64,000 nucleotides of DNA from the human T2T-CHM13v2.0 reference genome, Homo sapiens. A program made the position numbers and the translations under genes. The stretch lies in assembly GCF_009914755.1 (NCBI RefSeq), contig NC_060929.1; one strand, written 5' to 3'. The notes under the pieces were generated by a model, which saw nothing but the letters and a program-made list of their open reading frames with translations, had not been told where the DNA came from and did not search any database. Of this stretch, positions 41,416 through 55,796 are shown one piece after another. Every line of letters starts with the position of its first letter. The stretch's first letter is position 1.

Positions 41416-43837
41416 AATGAGACTCACTCCCTCACTTATAATTTTATAGACTATTCAGCATTCCTCTTCAGTATGTTTATATTTTATTATTCCCTCTTGT
41501 TTCACTTGCTCTGACATATTCTTTTCAATTCGACACAGATACTTTATATATTCTGATTTAACAATTGGGTAATATATTACTACAAATATCTTCTTCAAGT
41601 TTGAGGTATTTTTTTAACATTGGTAACAGTTCATTTTGTACTAGAGAAATGTTTAATTTTAATATAGTCAAATTTATCAAGCATTCATTTTATGGTTACT
41701 CCTCTTTGTATCTTACTCAAAAATTATTTTTCTAAGCCAGTGTCATCAATATGGTCTCACAGTCTCTTCACTTTTATATTTTTAAAGCTTTTCTTTTGAA
41801 ATTTCATTCACTTTCACCACGGAGATTTGCGTTTGTGTGAACATGTGTGTGGTGTGAGCAACAGATCTATATTTAAATAAGAATTTTCTAGAGATATTCA
41901 TTTAGTCATTGATTTTTAATTCCAATTTTGTAATGGAAATATGTCTGGTATGCCCATCATCTGCTTTAGAACCTTCTATCTGTTCCATTTATCTATTGGC
42001 ACCAGTATTACACTAACAACATACTCTTAGTTTCTGAAGCTTTACAACTATTACTGATATCTATCCAAATAAACATACTTCCTTATCCATCTTTTAGAAA
42101 AATCATCTTAGGGTTCTTGGTCTTTATGACATGGATTTTTATTTATTTATTTTCCATTTTTGACATGGATTTTCTACATGGATTTTTAACATCAGTATGT
42201 TATCTTCTATTAAAAACAAAGCAAAACAATAAACAAGAACAAAGTATTCTTGCAAAATATTTGATTGGGATTGCAATGAATTTACATGAAACATATAAGT
42301 GCTTCTTGGTCTCAAATATACATATATCTCCATTTATTTAGGACATCTTAATGTCTTTCACTACAATTTTACCTTTTTGTTTGGATATGTAGCTGACTTT
42401 TGCCATATGAATTTGTGGGACTCTGTTAGCTTTCTAGAGATATTGTGCTATTATGAGTGAGATTTCTTAACGTATTCTTTTTATGGGAATAATCACTTCT
42501 AGTGTGCAAAACTATTATGTATTCTAGTAAATTGAAGAAAGGTCATTATACATGCATATTAACTTCAATATAATAATTATAATCAATATAATAAATAAGT
42601 TTTCATTAAATGCCTTTGTATAATTTATAATTTTCTTGTGAGTTTTTCCTATAATCTGATAGAAATAGCTCACTACAGTATGTTGTTAGTAATTTTTTGT
42701 CTATTATCCTATTGTTAATCTTCTTTTTCTGTTAATGTTTGATTGGTGCATCATTTTCCATTCATTAATTTCGAACTTTGTCAATGCAGATTTCCTTGTT
42801 AATATAGGCAATAATAGGTTGACTCTATAATACATAGAACTGATATTAGTTCTATTTCTCCACCCCTCAATGATTAATTTTCCTTTAAATTCAATAATTT
42901 TGTCACCACTATTATTTCCTTCTTTCCTCATAGCTACTAATTGTCTAAATTCTTATTTTTCTGTGCTCCCTTTTATTTTTTTAACTGAATCACAAATTCT
43001 TCCATAACTTCTTAAATTTCCTCATCAATCTCCTGAGGATAAATGGGTTTCATCTTGTTGGAGATAAGATAAATCTCCCAGAGCCTTCTGACAGATTCCA
43101 AAAGGGACTGTTTGTGATTCAAACTTTGTTTAGAGCTGTCATCCTGTAATATTTCTTCACCAGCATCTTTGGCCTCTCCAATCTCCCACGTTTTCCTCTT
43201 TTTTGTGTTTATTCTTGGATTTTAATGTGACAACAAAATGCTGGATGTACATGGACTCTCTTGTTGGGCAAGACAGACAAGACCGAATATTATTTTTTTG
43301 GAGAATATTGAACCGACCATTTCATTAACTTCTTCTTCTTAATATTGCTATCAAGAAATATGTAGTCCTTCTGATCTCTGATCTTTGTATAAGAGCCACG
43401 GATTTATTTCTTTCAGAAGCTTGTAGAGCTTTTGTTTGTCCATATTCCTGAAACTTTCTGGTATTGTTCCTCGGTGTGTGTATGTATTTATCAAAATTGC
43501 AGAAATGCTCAAGAGGCCCTTTCAGTCTGCAGTCGCATGCCATTCTCTTCTGGGACAGTCTATAAATTGTTCATTGTCCCTCTGCTCCATTTTTCTTGCT
43601 CAGTCATTTTGGAATTCCTGTTTATTAGATATTCATCCTCCTGGCTTTTCCCTTTAATTTCACTGTCCCTGACTCCTACTTTCCATCTCTTTGTCTTCTT
43701 GCTTTACTTCGTAGAGCATTTTCCTGTTATTCTTCAAGCCCTCTATTGAAATTTTTATGATTTGTACAAAATTTTAATTTCCAAAGACAATTTTTATTCT
43801 ATGTGAATTCATGTTTTGTATTATATATGTAGCATCT

Positions 43838-44322
43838 AATGTTTTCCACGGGTGGCTACAATGATACCTTCCACCCATATCTTCTTTCAGTAACTTGCCA
43901 TTCCATAATCAGGAGGAAAAAGTCTATACCCCTCCTATTGAATCCCTATCAAGATGTGGAATCTAATTCCTCTTCCCTTGAATATTTTGTAATGGAGAGA
44001 ACGTAAGTAGCTAAGGTGATACTGCATCATTTTTGAGGTTGGGTGGGGCAAGGTGAAGAAAGATGCCTCTGCCTTTGGAACTTGAACACTTGTACTACCA
44101 CTCCCTGAGTTACCATGGACGCTATCCAGTTGTCTGTTGTCTGGCTGCTACCAGAATTTCAGGAGCTCCCACTGGGCTGTGCAGAAACCACGTGGGAAAG
44201 CCATTGGACCACATAAGGACAGAGTGAGAGTGAGAGCAGGCGTGAAAGAGCAAGACACAGAGAGAGAGAGAGAGGAGAGACAGAGAGAGAGAGAAGGGGG
44301 TTGGTGGGGGGAGAGAGAGAGG

Positions 44323-44392
<70 letters not shown>

Positions 44393-44575
44393 TCAATCAG
44401 CCCTCAGGAACTCTAGCCCCTCACCTACCATTTGACTGCAACTTCGTAAGTAAAGAAACACCCAGCCAAATCCTTTCCAAGGTCCTGAAACCCAGGAATC
44501 ATGGCAGATAAAATTATTGTTGTTGTGCTACATTATTAAATTTTGCAATGTTAGGCAGCAATGGCTAATTAGAAA
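43838..44575 (+). mobile_element. Old MaLR LTR (MLT1G/H-like) with internal (GA)n expansion
   Basis: gatgtggaatctaattcctcttcccttgaat...tgactgcaac...cacccagccaaatcc...cagcaatggctaattagaaa. Confidence 0.7.
44258..44389. repeat. Compound (GA)n polypurine microsatellite
   Basis: About 130 bp of GA repeats with a G-rich interruption. Confidence 0.95.
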
Positions 44576-44720
44576 TGTAATTTATTATTATTTTATGAGT
44601 ATAATGTATATAAAATTACATTGCATAATATCTTACATGCCTGTGAAACTTGGTGCTTCCTTTGAGATTTTATTTTCTCTGCATGTTCTCTAACTTTTCA
44701 AGTTGTTCTTTCTCCCTATT

Positions 44721-44722
44721 CA

Positions 44723-44763
<41 letters not shown>

Positions 44764-44768
44764 GCATG
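44721..44768. repeat. (TG)14(CG)4 compound alternating purine-pyrimidine tract
   Basis: catgtgtg...gtgcgcgcgcgcacgcgcatg; 48 bp of unbroken purine-pyrimidine alternation. Confidence 0.95.
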
Positions 44769-47700
44769 ATTTTTCTTGATGGCTTTCCTCAAATGTCTTG
44801 ACTGATAATTCAACTAGTTATATATCCTATGATCCTAATATTTTTTTCTCAGAAAATTTTAGAAACTCTGTCCTTTTCTTCTAGTATCCAATATTGCTGT
44901 TGGAAAGTCTAGTCAAATCTGATTTTCATTTAATTATGGTAAAAAAGAGAAAGACTATTCTGAGAATGTGTAAAAGATCTTATCCTTGTGGTTTTAAAAT
45001 CTCATAATAATAATTATAGAAATTGCACTTTTCCTTTTAGGTGGTAATATATCATCAAGTACCTTTAATCTGACCATTAATGTTTTGGAAACATTATTGT
45101 CCAACATTATGTCTTTGAAAAATATTATGTAAATTAATATTTTATCTTTGCATTTTCTAATCTTTATTTGCTTCTTGCTCTCTCTTTACATTTTATATTA
45201 CAGATTTATTAGACCTCAATTAATCCCTATTTTTCCCAGAACCTCCTTTAACATTTTCTTTGATTATTTATTTTTGGAATATAATTTTTGCTTGCTTCAA
45301 ATAACTCTTTTTTATAAGAATGTACTGTACTTTTTCTAGTCCCTTGAAAGATATGATTTAATTTTTCTAATGTTCTTTACTCTTCTCTGACTTATTTCTT
45401 GGTTCCCCAGAGAGTGATGCTCTATTTACTAAATGAGGTTTTTTTGTGCCACTGGATTTCCTAAAGTATCAGTGACATTTTATTATTCTTTTCTAATTTT
45501 GCAAAAGTTTCATTAGAGGCTTATGTGACTTTTCTCTTTCCTTACAAGCCTGACCATTAAATGAACACAAAGACTGCAAGCTATACATATAGGACTGTCA
45601 AGCAGTTCCCAAGCAGTAGCACGGTAGCAGCTGCCAGTCTGGTTTATCACACTTCCATAGATGTGGCCACTAAAGACACAATGAGCTCAAACAGATGTAG
45701 ACATTAATTACTCTGTCGGCAGAGCAGGCAGCATAAGTTTCATGCTAGTATCAGTTTCTCTTGCCCCCTCGTTCATGGGGGTGATGTGGCATCACAACTC
45801 ACTGATCATATAGTGGGTCAGTATCACAGCGGAAAGACACTGAGCCCAGGAAACCGTCAAGAGAACCTGTAGCTTAATCTATTTACCTGGAATGTATGCA
45901 AACTTCATCAGAAATGAGAGAGAGAGATTATCATCTATCCTCAAATATCACTTGGGAGTGAGCTATTTTATTATTCTGAAATATAAATTAATCTAAGTGA
46001 ATTAGCTTTCAATTTCTAGAAGTGAAAAAAAGTGAGAAATCTATAAGCAACTGTCTTCTAGCAAGGTTAACATACGTCTATTGGGATTGGAGAATTCTAA
46101 TACAAACAGCACATGAAAAAACATGAAGACAACGAGCTTCCATCTTTACTATACCTCAAAGATAATAAGCTTGATGCTAGGTAGTGATATCCAATTTGGA
46201 AACCACAATCACTTCTAGGAGAAACCTTATTGGATGTTTTGCTTATGTTATTAGCAGAGGTGGGTGTAAAGGCAAGAGGAGAAGCCAATCAATATAACTC
46301 ATTGTTGAGAAGAAACTTAAAACAAAAATAATGCAAATTTAAGGTAAAAATTAAACCCACTTCTATCTCAGCTTTCTTCTACATTACTAATCATTAGTGT
46401 TTATGTCTGCTCTCGTAGTTAGTATAGCCATTATGGAAACCCAATCCACTTTTAATTTATAAGTGTTATTGATTTGATGTATCATCAGGTTGTTCCTTGT
46501 GCTTCTAATCTATACTTAATTCATTTTTTCTTTAGCTAGGAAAGCAAATAAGAGTGGGCTACAATGTTGAAGGAAGCTTAACTTTAAAAAACATGCAATT
46601 TTACTGATTCAAAATGAATTGTAGTCTCTAATTGCTTTAAGAATAATTGTGTTTGATTTATATTAATAAATAAAATGTAACTGTGAAGATTGTGTTAATT
46701 TATATATTTTCTGTAGAATCTCAAAATTCCAAAAATATTTTAAACATTTTTTACCTGTTATTTTATATGATTAGCTCTGCAAGCCTCCTTTAATAATATT
46801 TAATTAAAATCAGTTATAATGAGCTCCATCCTTACTAAAAAATACCCTAAAAGTGTTACTACTACTAAAAATTAAACATCTTTTTTGGTTAAACTAACCA
46901 TTAAATAGTTATTGTTTGGATGATTCTTAAAAACTTAATGACTAGAGAATTATAAGAAATAGAATTAAAATATTTACACAATTTAATAAAATATTTAATA
47001 TAGCTGTATTAAAAAATCAGCCCATTTGGTATGCCTTTCATTCTATATATAATAAAGTTAATTGAGCATAATTTATTCTTCATAATTCTGTGATATTATT
47101 ACACATTCAATTGGTTTCTAGAGATGTACACAAAAAGTATTTCTATATATATTCCCAATTACTTCAAATTTTTTAAACCAAATAAAATTTAATCTGAAGT
47201 TTTTTTCATATTTTTCTTTAAAAAAGTACAGAAAGAAAACATATTGGAAGGTATTCTTTTCAACTTGCCTAGACAAACTCATTTGATGTGCTTAAAGTCT
47301 CTAAAAAATATTTGTGTGTATTGTAGTGGTCATGTGGGAGTGGGGTGGAATGATGGTGAATGGCTTTCTGTTAGTACTATTAGTATATTCTGTAACTTTA
47401 AACAAAGATCAGAATAGAATTATTAACATCAGTTTTTTTTAAATTACTTACTATAATTTAGATTATTTCTATCACTGATACCTTCCAGATAATTTTTTAA
47501 TTTGAAATTTTCTGGGTTTTTTTGTAATACTTGTATTTTACTTTTGTTGCCAACTAAAAAAGGTGTGATTTTTTTCCTTCTACCAATTTAATGTCCCTAA
47601 TTTACAGAATCATTCTTATTTCCCATTATGTAATTTTCAACTTACATCCATTTCATTTTTAGTAAAACAGAACCAATTGCTGACTGAAAAAAAACTCAAT

Positions 47701-50441
47701 ACATTTACATATAATTTCATGCTTAATTTCATTTGTGATCCTCAGCCCCCTTCACATAACAATAAAGGTAACACCATTAAAATTCCACAACTTAATCTCA
47801 TTTTTTAGCTAAGCTGTTTGCTTGCATCCTTTAGTCTTGTCAAAGGAAAAGAAAATGAGATGAATTCACGATGCTTATTTCTAGTCAGTTTATAAAAGAA
47901 AAAAAATAATAAAAGCCTGAGGTTACCAGTAAGCATCTGTGTCTAATATAAGAGTAAATAACTACTTCGGCTTCTGCAGCAACTGATTGTATTACGATGT
48001 TCCAATAAAATCCTCCCTGCTGAATCTAACAATTACTTAAAAATTAGTATAGTCACTAAAGAAAATAAGATGAATGGAATGGATTAAAGAGGCAACTAAT
48101 GATGCATAGCAGTTTTCTCAAGCAAGAACCAAATTTAATTGTTTTTAATCCCTTTGAGAAAGCATTACAGCAGTTTTATATTTGGCTTAGAACTTTCAAC
48201 CACCCCCAGAATTCAAATTTTTAGAAACAAGAGGCAAAGTATGAAAATAAAATAATTTTTTGACTATTAGAATTCCAAGTGATATTAAGTAAAATAAACA
48301 GGAAAAAGGGGAAAAAGACAAAATATATTTTGAGAATGTAGAATAATAAGTACAAGGTTAACCACAGATCACTTAAGTGTTGGAAGTCTTAAATCCTCTG
48401 TAGGACTTTCTGTGAATAATGTTGAGAATTATTTGTGTTTGGGGGCAAACTTTCTATAATGGAGGCTGTTTAATGCTGTGTTAGAGCATTTTATCATTTC
48501 AGAATATTTTGTTATATAGAAACTATATCTTTGTTTTAATAGCTCATTATTATAAACTATTACCAGGATTCTGAATTTTCCATGACATTCACAATTTCAA
48601 ATATTTCCCCAGACTATAATTTGGGTTTAGCAAGCAATGACACTATGGCAAAGGAATTACAAGAAATTAAATAATAGTAACTATTCAAATGAAAATCTTT
48701 TTTAAAAATTGTAGTCTATATTTAAAATACATTTATTTAACAATCAAAATGTATTTTAAATAAGTAAAAATAATTTTAGATGGCCATACTTTATATAGAA
48801 TACTGCATTTAACTTCCAAAGGATGTAAGTATATACTTGAAGATATAATAAAATACACATCAAGGAGATGAATCTAATCAAGGAAAAAAGTCAGTCAAGA
48901 AATGAAGATATCTGCATATAAGTCAAAAGAGAAAAAGAAACAGAAACATTTTTAAATATTGTAAGATACATCTATATTATTACCATTTATATCAGTTTGG
49001 TTCAAGCAACGTTTACAAAGCTTGTGCAATATGTTAGAATCAGGACGTTTAATCATAAAGTCTTAGTTTTTGCTTTGCTGTGGCCTGCCAATATAAACTT
49101 CAACATATATTAGTTATTCAAATATTCCATTTCAAGATCCAGATTTTTCTCTCATTAAATTAGTTCTATCTCATTCAGCATCCCCCTTTCATTTTCAATT
49201 ATTTTAGAGATTTTAGAAATCTCATCTCTTAAAAGCAGTTGCTTGGGGTGATGTCATGGGGAGGTCTGTCTAGTTTGAATTATTTGTTTTAACTTGTCTT
49301 TCTAGTAGAATAATTCTTCTAATAAAAATAGACATTGGATCCCTTATTTTGTTTTATTATTGTACACAAATAAATATGCTGTCAGGAAATAGGTATTATA
49401 GGAATTATTTGTGTTTGTTTAGTATAAATAAATTACTAAATAAAATAGGCTGTTAACATTTTACTCCTTGTGCAAATCATTTCCATAAATCTGTTTTAGT
49501 CAAGTTGTATCAGGCAGCCAATTTTAGCAGTAAATAAGCCCTTGTTGGAATTTACTGCTTGGTTCTGACATTGTTCAGCTACAAATATGTGTAAACAAAT
49601 GTATATCTGGGCACATAAGAGAAACATTCACAATAAATTATCTTTTTAATCCAACTGAATGCATAGCTACAATATTCATAAATTTATCTTAGATTAATAT
49701 CCAATCAACAACACTTCCTTCAAACATTTCACTATTGAACTGATTCACACTGCAGTACTTTATGCTGAGATCTCTGTATATGGGAAGAGAAAATTGAAAA
49801 TGTTTTTGGTCAACTGAAAACATGGGAAAAAAGAGAAAAATAGGTTTGTTCTGATATTGTGAAATTGTGGTTAAAATATTACCACAACTGATGAGTCTGC
49901 ATGATAATGAAACAGGTGACAACAATAATTCATAAGTTTTTAATTATAGGACTGATTGAAAATGATGCTTTGAAAGAAAAGGCCAAGTTTCATACAAAGT
50001 AAATGTTAAAGTCTAGTTCAAAATTACTATCAAAAATGCGAAGTGAACATTTTCATTTGGAATCATTGAACTGATTAAAATGCAAATACCCCTATCAGTT
50101 TCTTTATTTTATGAGCCAGATTTGGGTTGCTATATGGCTTTTGGCCAGAAGACAAATGAAATGTGGTCATACTTTCTGTGTTTTAAAGTGTGACTTTATA
50201 CTATTTTGCTTTCATATCACTGCTCTTAAATAACTTACCAGTTTTCATTATTTTGTCTCCAAATTTGTGAACACCTGACTATTTGTGTCTTTCCTTTAAC
50301 TTTTTAATTTAACATGTTGGCTGATTTCACTTCAGTAATCCACGATCCCAGATGCTCAACTTAAAGTGAGATTTCTTCTTTTTTATTCTCCAGATTAAGT
50401 TTAAATAAGATGATAATGTTTCATTTGGAAATATTTGCAAT

Positions 50442-50482
50442 TGTGTGTGTGTATGTGTGTATGTGTGTGTGTGTGTGTGTGT
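50442..50482. repeat. Interrupted (TG)n microsatellite
   Basis: tgtgtgtgtgtatgtgtgtatgtgtg... Confidence 0.9.
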
Positions 50483-51149
50483 TTCAACATTCTACACATT
50501 TCCTCTGGCTTGCATGCTTCCTGCATATTAAACAGATCTGTAGGGAAATATGTTGGGAAAGAAGCCCAACCACCAACCCACCAAGGCACATGGCCAACAT
50601 GTAATTACAACTTACACTGACTTCCACTTCTTACTATTTCCTTTAGATTTTTCTTTTCATTTATATAATTAAAACTGCATTGAATTAAATATGCTTTTTG
50701 ATAGAAACTATTGTGTTTTTTTCATTGAGGTGTGCCCTAAGTTTGAATAATGCTGGGCATTTGAATAAAACTTGATAGATTTTAAAGGATTTGCATATTT
50801 ATTACCTAATTTTGATTCTCAAATTACAGCTTGTAAAAATAGATACTATTATTTTATTTAAAACTATAAAAACTGAGACTGTAGGAGATTATGTCATGTT
50901 TTCAAGGAATCTTGGCTGCTAATCAATGCTGGAGTTGAAACTCCAGGGTTCTTTTCTCTATAAATGGTTGTCAGTGTATTTTTAGACTAAAGCAACTTCA
51001 GCCTTTAAAATGTATTGCTGATAGATAGATGTATTCAATCAGAAACCTGTCCACAAAAATAAAATAAAGTTGTTACTCTGTGGTGTTTTACATATATTTA
51101 CTAATATGCTTTTTTTTACTATAGTGAAATAATCCAAATTTCCTGATTA

Positions 51150-51365
51150 TATAATACTAGACTTGAATTCTAGCTGTGTAATTTATTAGCTAAATTGATA
51201 GATATTATAGGCCACTTCCCTAAGCTTCAGTTTCCTCTTGTTAAAATAGGAATGACAATCGTTGTCTTGCAATAGTGTTGAGTAGATTAGAAATTCAGTA
51301 TTTAAAGTGCCTGGCAATAGCTGGCACACACTATGCTCTCAATAAGCGGTAACCAGTATTAAATT
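51150..51365 (+). mobile_element. MIR SINE
   Basis: ctaagcttcagtttcctcttgttaaaataggaatgacaat...aaagtgcctggca...tgctctcaataa. Confidence 0.75.
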
Positions 51366-53059
51366 AATTATTTTATGTTTAGAAGTACTACAAATATTTT
51401 ATTTTTAAAAACAAAGTGCTAATATTATGTCAACATATGTGTAGTAAAAATGAGTGGAACAGAATATGTTTGGGGTTAAAAAGCGTAATCTCTGGAGGAC
51501 TAACAAAAATTTCATATCCTATACTAGTCATTGCAAATATATGTATTTGGTATTAATTTGAGTTTATTTCATAATCAAGACAAATAAAATTAAAAATAAT
51601 TATATGAGAAAATTGTGAGGATACACTTCAGTGAGAAGAGGCAAAAGACAATACTGTATCAGTTTCTAGCAATGTTACAGTAAATTTACTCTGAACTTAA
51701 TTTAAGGGTAATTTGCCTGGCAATTAGCTCAAAGTGAGCCATCGTTTGCGACCCTACTGCATTTTTCAGTTCCCCTTTCCCTCCCTGTAGTAATTCTACA
51801 AGGCATATACCAACTTACAGTCATCCCTTCTCTCCCACAATTAGGTTAAAATGAAAGAATTAGAACAAAAGCTATAAAGTGTCTCAAAACTACCCACGTT
51901 AAGATTAAATGCAGATTATTTGGAATAATGGAAAATTAAAGCAAAGTAAAACCACAGCATAAGACAACCAACAGTAAGATCAGTTCATCTCTAGGAAATC
52001 CTGAAGAAGCTCAAGCTTGGAGCAACAAAACATAATTTTGTAAATAAACCGCAGGACACTGATCACAGTAATTAATTAAAGATTGGGATTCAGAACATTA
52101 AGAGAGGCCAGGCTTATGTTTCTCTTCCCACTATGAACCATGCAGAGAAACTTAAAAAATAAAAACAAAAACAAACAAAAAACATATGTGATCAAGAATT
52201 TAGTCAAATTTGATTGGAGTCTTTCTTGGTAGGCCCAATAAATGGTTTGTTATTGTTGTTTCTAATTTGCTGGATGCATATAATAAAATACTGTGCAACA
52301 GTTAGATGCAATAATATAGATGTAGAAGTTATGACATTATAAATCTTTAATATATATATTGTTAAGAAAAATAAGAAAATAGAAAAAATGAGAAACAATG
52401 AAACTACATTCATGTAAATTTAAAAATACACTGCTAAAACTATATTCACAATTTTTGTCACCATGCCATGTTCAAATTATACATCCATAATTTAAAACAT
52501 TCCTCTTAAAGAGATTTAAACAGACTTAAATATGTCAAGAAGTATTATCTCCCCCTCCTGTACTTATGAGTGTATTTTTTCCTTCTTTTATTTTTATCAG
52601 CACTGTTGATATAGAATTACAGAGTCTAATGGTGTCTCAAATTTAATTTCACTCAACTACTCTGTTTTTAGTTTTGATCAAACTGGAAACCAAAGAAATT
52701 AAATGATTTTCCTATAATCATACTGATATTTAGAGGGAGAGCATAAATTCAACTTGTCTTATGATATACCCTACGGAAAAAAAAATCTACAAGACTATTT
52801 GACTGTATTTTATCTTATTATTTCACTATAAGCCACTGTAAAACTTGATTGTCTATTTATTCTACAAAAATTTCTGTAGTTAATATCATATGTGATGTAG
52901 AAAGACAAAAAATATTTCCCTATAAGTTAAACAGAGAGAGAACATCTATTCTCACTCCTTCCACGTAACCTAACACTAGAGATCCTAACCACTGGGATTA
53001 GTAAATAGAAATACAATCACAGGTGTGCTAATTGGAGATGGAAAAAAATACCTTTTTTA

Positions 53060-54480
53060 AAAAAAACTTTGAAACACTTACAAACTTATAGAAAGGTAAA
53101 ACTAATGTATAAATAAGTTATTTTTTCCTCAACCATTTGACAGCAAGTTGTCAACTTGATGAATGATCATTGCTGAGCAATTCAGTTGGCATTTCTTACA
53201 AAAGGACATTCTTACCCGATCTCAAATCCTCTATGAGCATTGCTAATGTAATATTAATTTGTTATCATAATCCAATTACCATATTCCATTTAAACTTCAC
53301 CAGTTGTTCCAATAATATCTTGTGTGGTACAAATAACCACCTCAAATCATGTGCTACATTTAGTTGTCTTGACTTTCAGCATCTTTGAGGCTGGAAGAGT
53401 AACAGTCCTTCCTCAACTTGAAGATTTAGGCGACTGCAATAATTACAGATGAGTTGGACTGTTGTATCTACCTCAATTTAGGTTTGATGTTTCCTCATGT
53501 TTATATTTGGGTTAGGCATTTACAGCAGGATTATCACAGAAACGGTGCTATGTTCTTTCTGTATCCTGTTGACAGGTGCGTTTCCACTTATGCCTTTACA
53601 GACAGTGATATTCAATTTGGTTGACTAAGTCCTCCACTAGAAAGATTTACATTTTCCCTTCATAATTAATACATCTTTTATAGAAGCTTAAAAAAAAAAA
53701 AAACTATGTAAACAGCCGGGCGCGGTGGCTCACGCCTGTAATCCCAGCACTTTGGGAGGTCGAGGTGGGCGGATCACGAGGTCAGGAGATGGAGACCATC
53801 CTGTAACACGGTGAAACCCCGTCTCTACTAAAAATACAAAAAAAAAAAAAAAAAAAAAAAAATTAGCCGGCGTGGTGGCCCGCAGGCGCCTGTGGTCCCA
53901 GCTACTCCGGAGGCTGAGGCAGGAGAAAGGCCTGAACCTGGGAGGCGGAGCTTGCAGTGAGCCGAGATCGTGCACTGCACTCCAGCCTGGGCGACAGGGC
54001 GAGACTCCGCCCCCTCCACCAAAAAAAAAAAAAAGAAAGAGAAAAAAACTATGTAAATATCCCATTCTTTATAAAATGTTCTAATCAATCAATTAATAAA
54101 TTATATCTGTATAGAATAATGGTTTTCTATCTTCTCCAATGGGTTGTAACCCATCACTAATATTTATTTTTATGTTCAAATCATATTAATCTGCTTCTGA
54201 ATACTTTAGACAGGTTCCATTTATTATTTGAGCACTTACTTGCTTTTCGGCCCAAGAAGGGTTGAGTTTATCTTGTACATACAGTGGACCACCTGTGAAA
54301 TCATCTATATCTCAAAAGATCTCTGGTTCCTCTTAGTCAAAAATGATATTTAGAAACAAATATCTCTGTAATATGTGTATTCATTGCTACTGGGACACTG
54401 CTTTCCCCAGACCCTCTTCATTGGACACAACAAAGAAATATTTGTACACACACATACTATATGTAGATATATTTCTTTTT
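53060..54480 (-). mobile_element. Old L1M (L1MC-like) 3' region containing an AluY
   Basis: aaaactttgaaacacttacaaacttatagaaag...acaaaaggacattctt...tgatgtttcctcatg. Confidence 0.6.
53714..54047 (+). mobile_element. AluY-like element with expanded middle A-tract (A25)
   Basis: CpG-rich, ggaggcggagcttgcagtgagccgagatc; aaaaaaactatgtaaa on both flanks. Confidence 0.95.
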
Positions 54481-55796
54481 GTTGTTGTTGAGATAGCTCT
54501 TAATATAGGTTGTACCAAAATGTCGAATGCTTTATATGGACCTACTTTTGTGAAGAAAAGTAGAGAATACTAATTGGCATATAGAAACATTACTGGTGGT
54601 GGCATTCGTCCTTCTTACAGGGTCTACATGGTGTGTTTTCAGTTCAGTGAAGGCTGAATAATTAATCTTTACAAAGGAATCACTTCTATAATGAAGTCAA
54701 GAAGATTTTTCCTCTTCATAATGGTAGAGGTCAGATCCTGGCATGGCATTCTTGGGTTCCGTGCTGCTGATGGAGCTGAGACCTCTGCCCCTACAGGGGT
54801 TGTTAAAAGTGAGCAAGTCCCCCACGGCCCCCTCCAGGACATTTTTATATCAATCTGAATAAATACGTTTAAAACATGAATTCACATCAGTATTTCTAAT
54901 TGCTACCCAATAGCACAAAAGTGATTCTAATTTTCTTCCTTTTCTTATTTGCAACTTTCTTCTATGAGAGAAAGAATACTTGTTTCAATGATCCTATACG
55001 TATTAACTTATTAGATCAATCCTGCTGCATGTAACAAATCTCCCATGTCTTCCACCTCTCTCAGGATACTTCATCTAGTAATTCCTGCCCAGGTTTTGAA
55101 ACCTCATGCTGGACCCTCCTGTGCAAGGCTGCCCTGCTCATTCTGCTCTCATCTGATCCTCTCACTGGGCCAGTCCATTGAGTATATGCCCACCATACCC
55201 TTTTCTGACTCTGAATGCCCTCACCAGTCCAAATCCCTGTACAGTAAATTTCCTTACCTCTCCTGACTCTCTACATCAGCTCCCATCTCTAAGAATGCCT
55301 CCTTTACCCTAATTTAGTTCTGAAACCTCATTCTATGCAATAGGGTCCTTTTCAACCTAGAAAGTGGATGTATAGGTTAATCTTCAATAGAACTGAATTG
55401 TTTAGGAAAGAAGAGAAGAAAAAGGGAGGAGGAAAGAAAGCGATGCAAAATTGTCTTTATTCAGACAACATGATGATGTGTGTACAAAATCCTAAGAAAT
55501 CTATATTTTAAAAAACTTCTATAGTTGCTAAATAAATTAAGATCACAGTACACAGAGTCAAAATAAATACAAAATATAAATTTCTATGTACTAACATTAC
55601 ATTCTTGGAAACTGAACTCTAACATACCATGCCTTTTACAATAGCACAGAGAACATAAAACACTGATGATAAATGTAACAGGATAATATGTAAAATCTCT
55701 ACACTAAAATCTGTACAAAATTGTTGAATGAAAGAAGTGCAAAATCAATGGAAAGATATAACATCTTCATAGATAAGAAGACTCAATGTTAAAATT

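Noticed and set aside
44137-44511. 124 aa ER-repeat ORF and the SL-repeat ORFs on the other strand
   Set aside because: They are translations of the (GA)n microsatellite.
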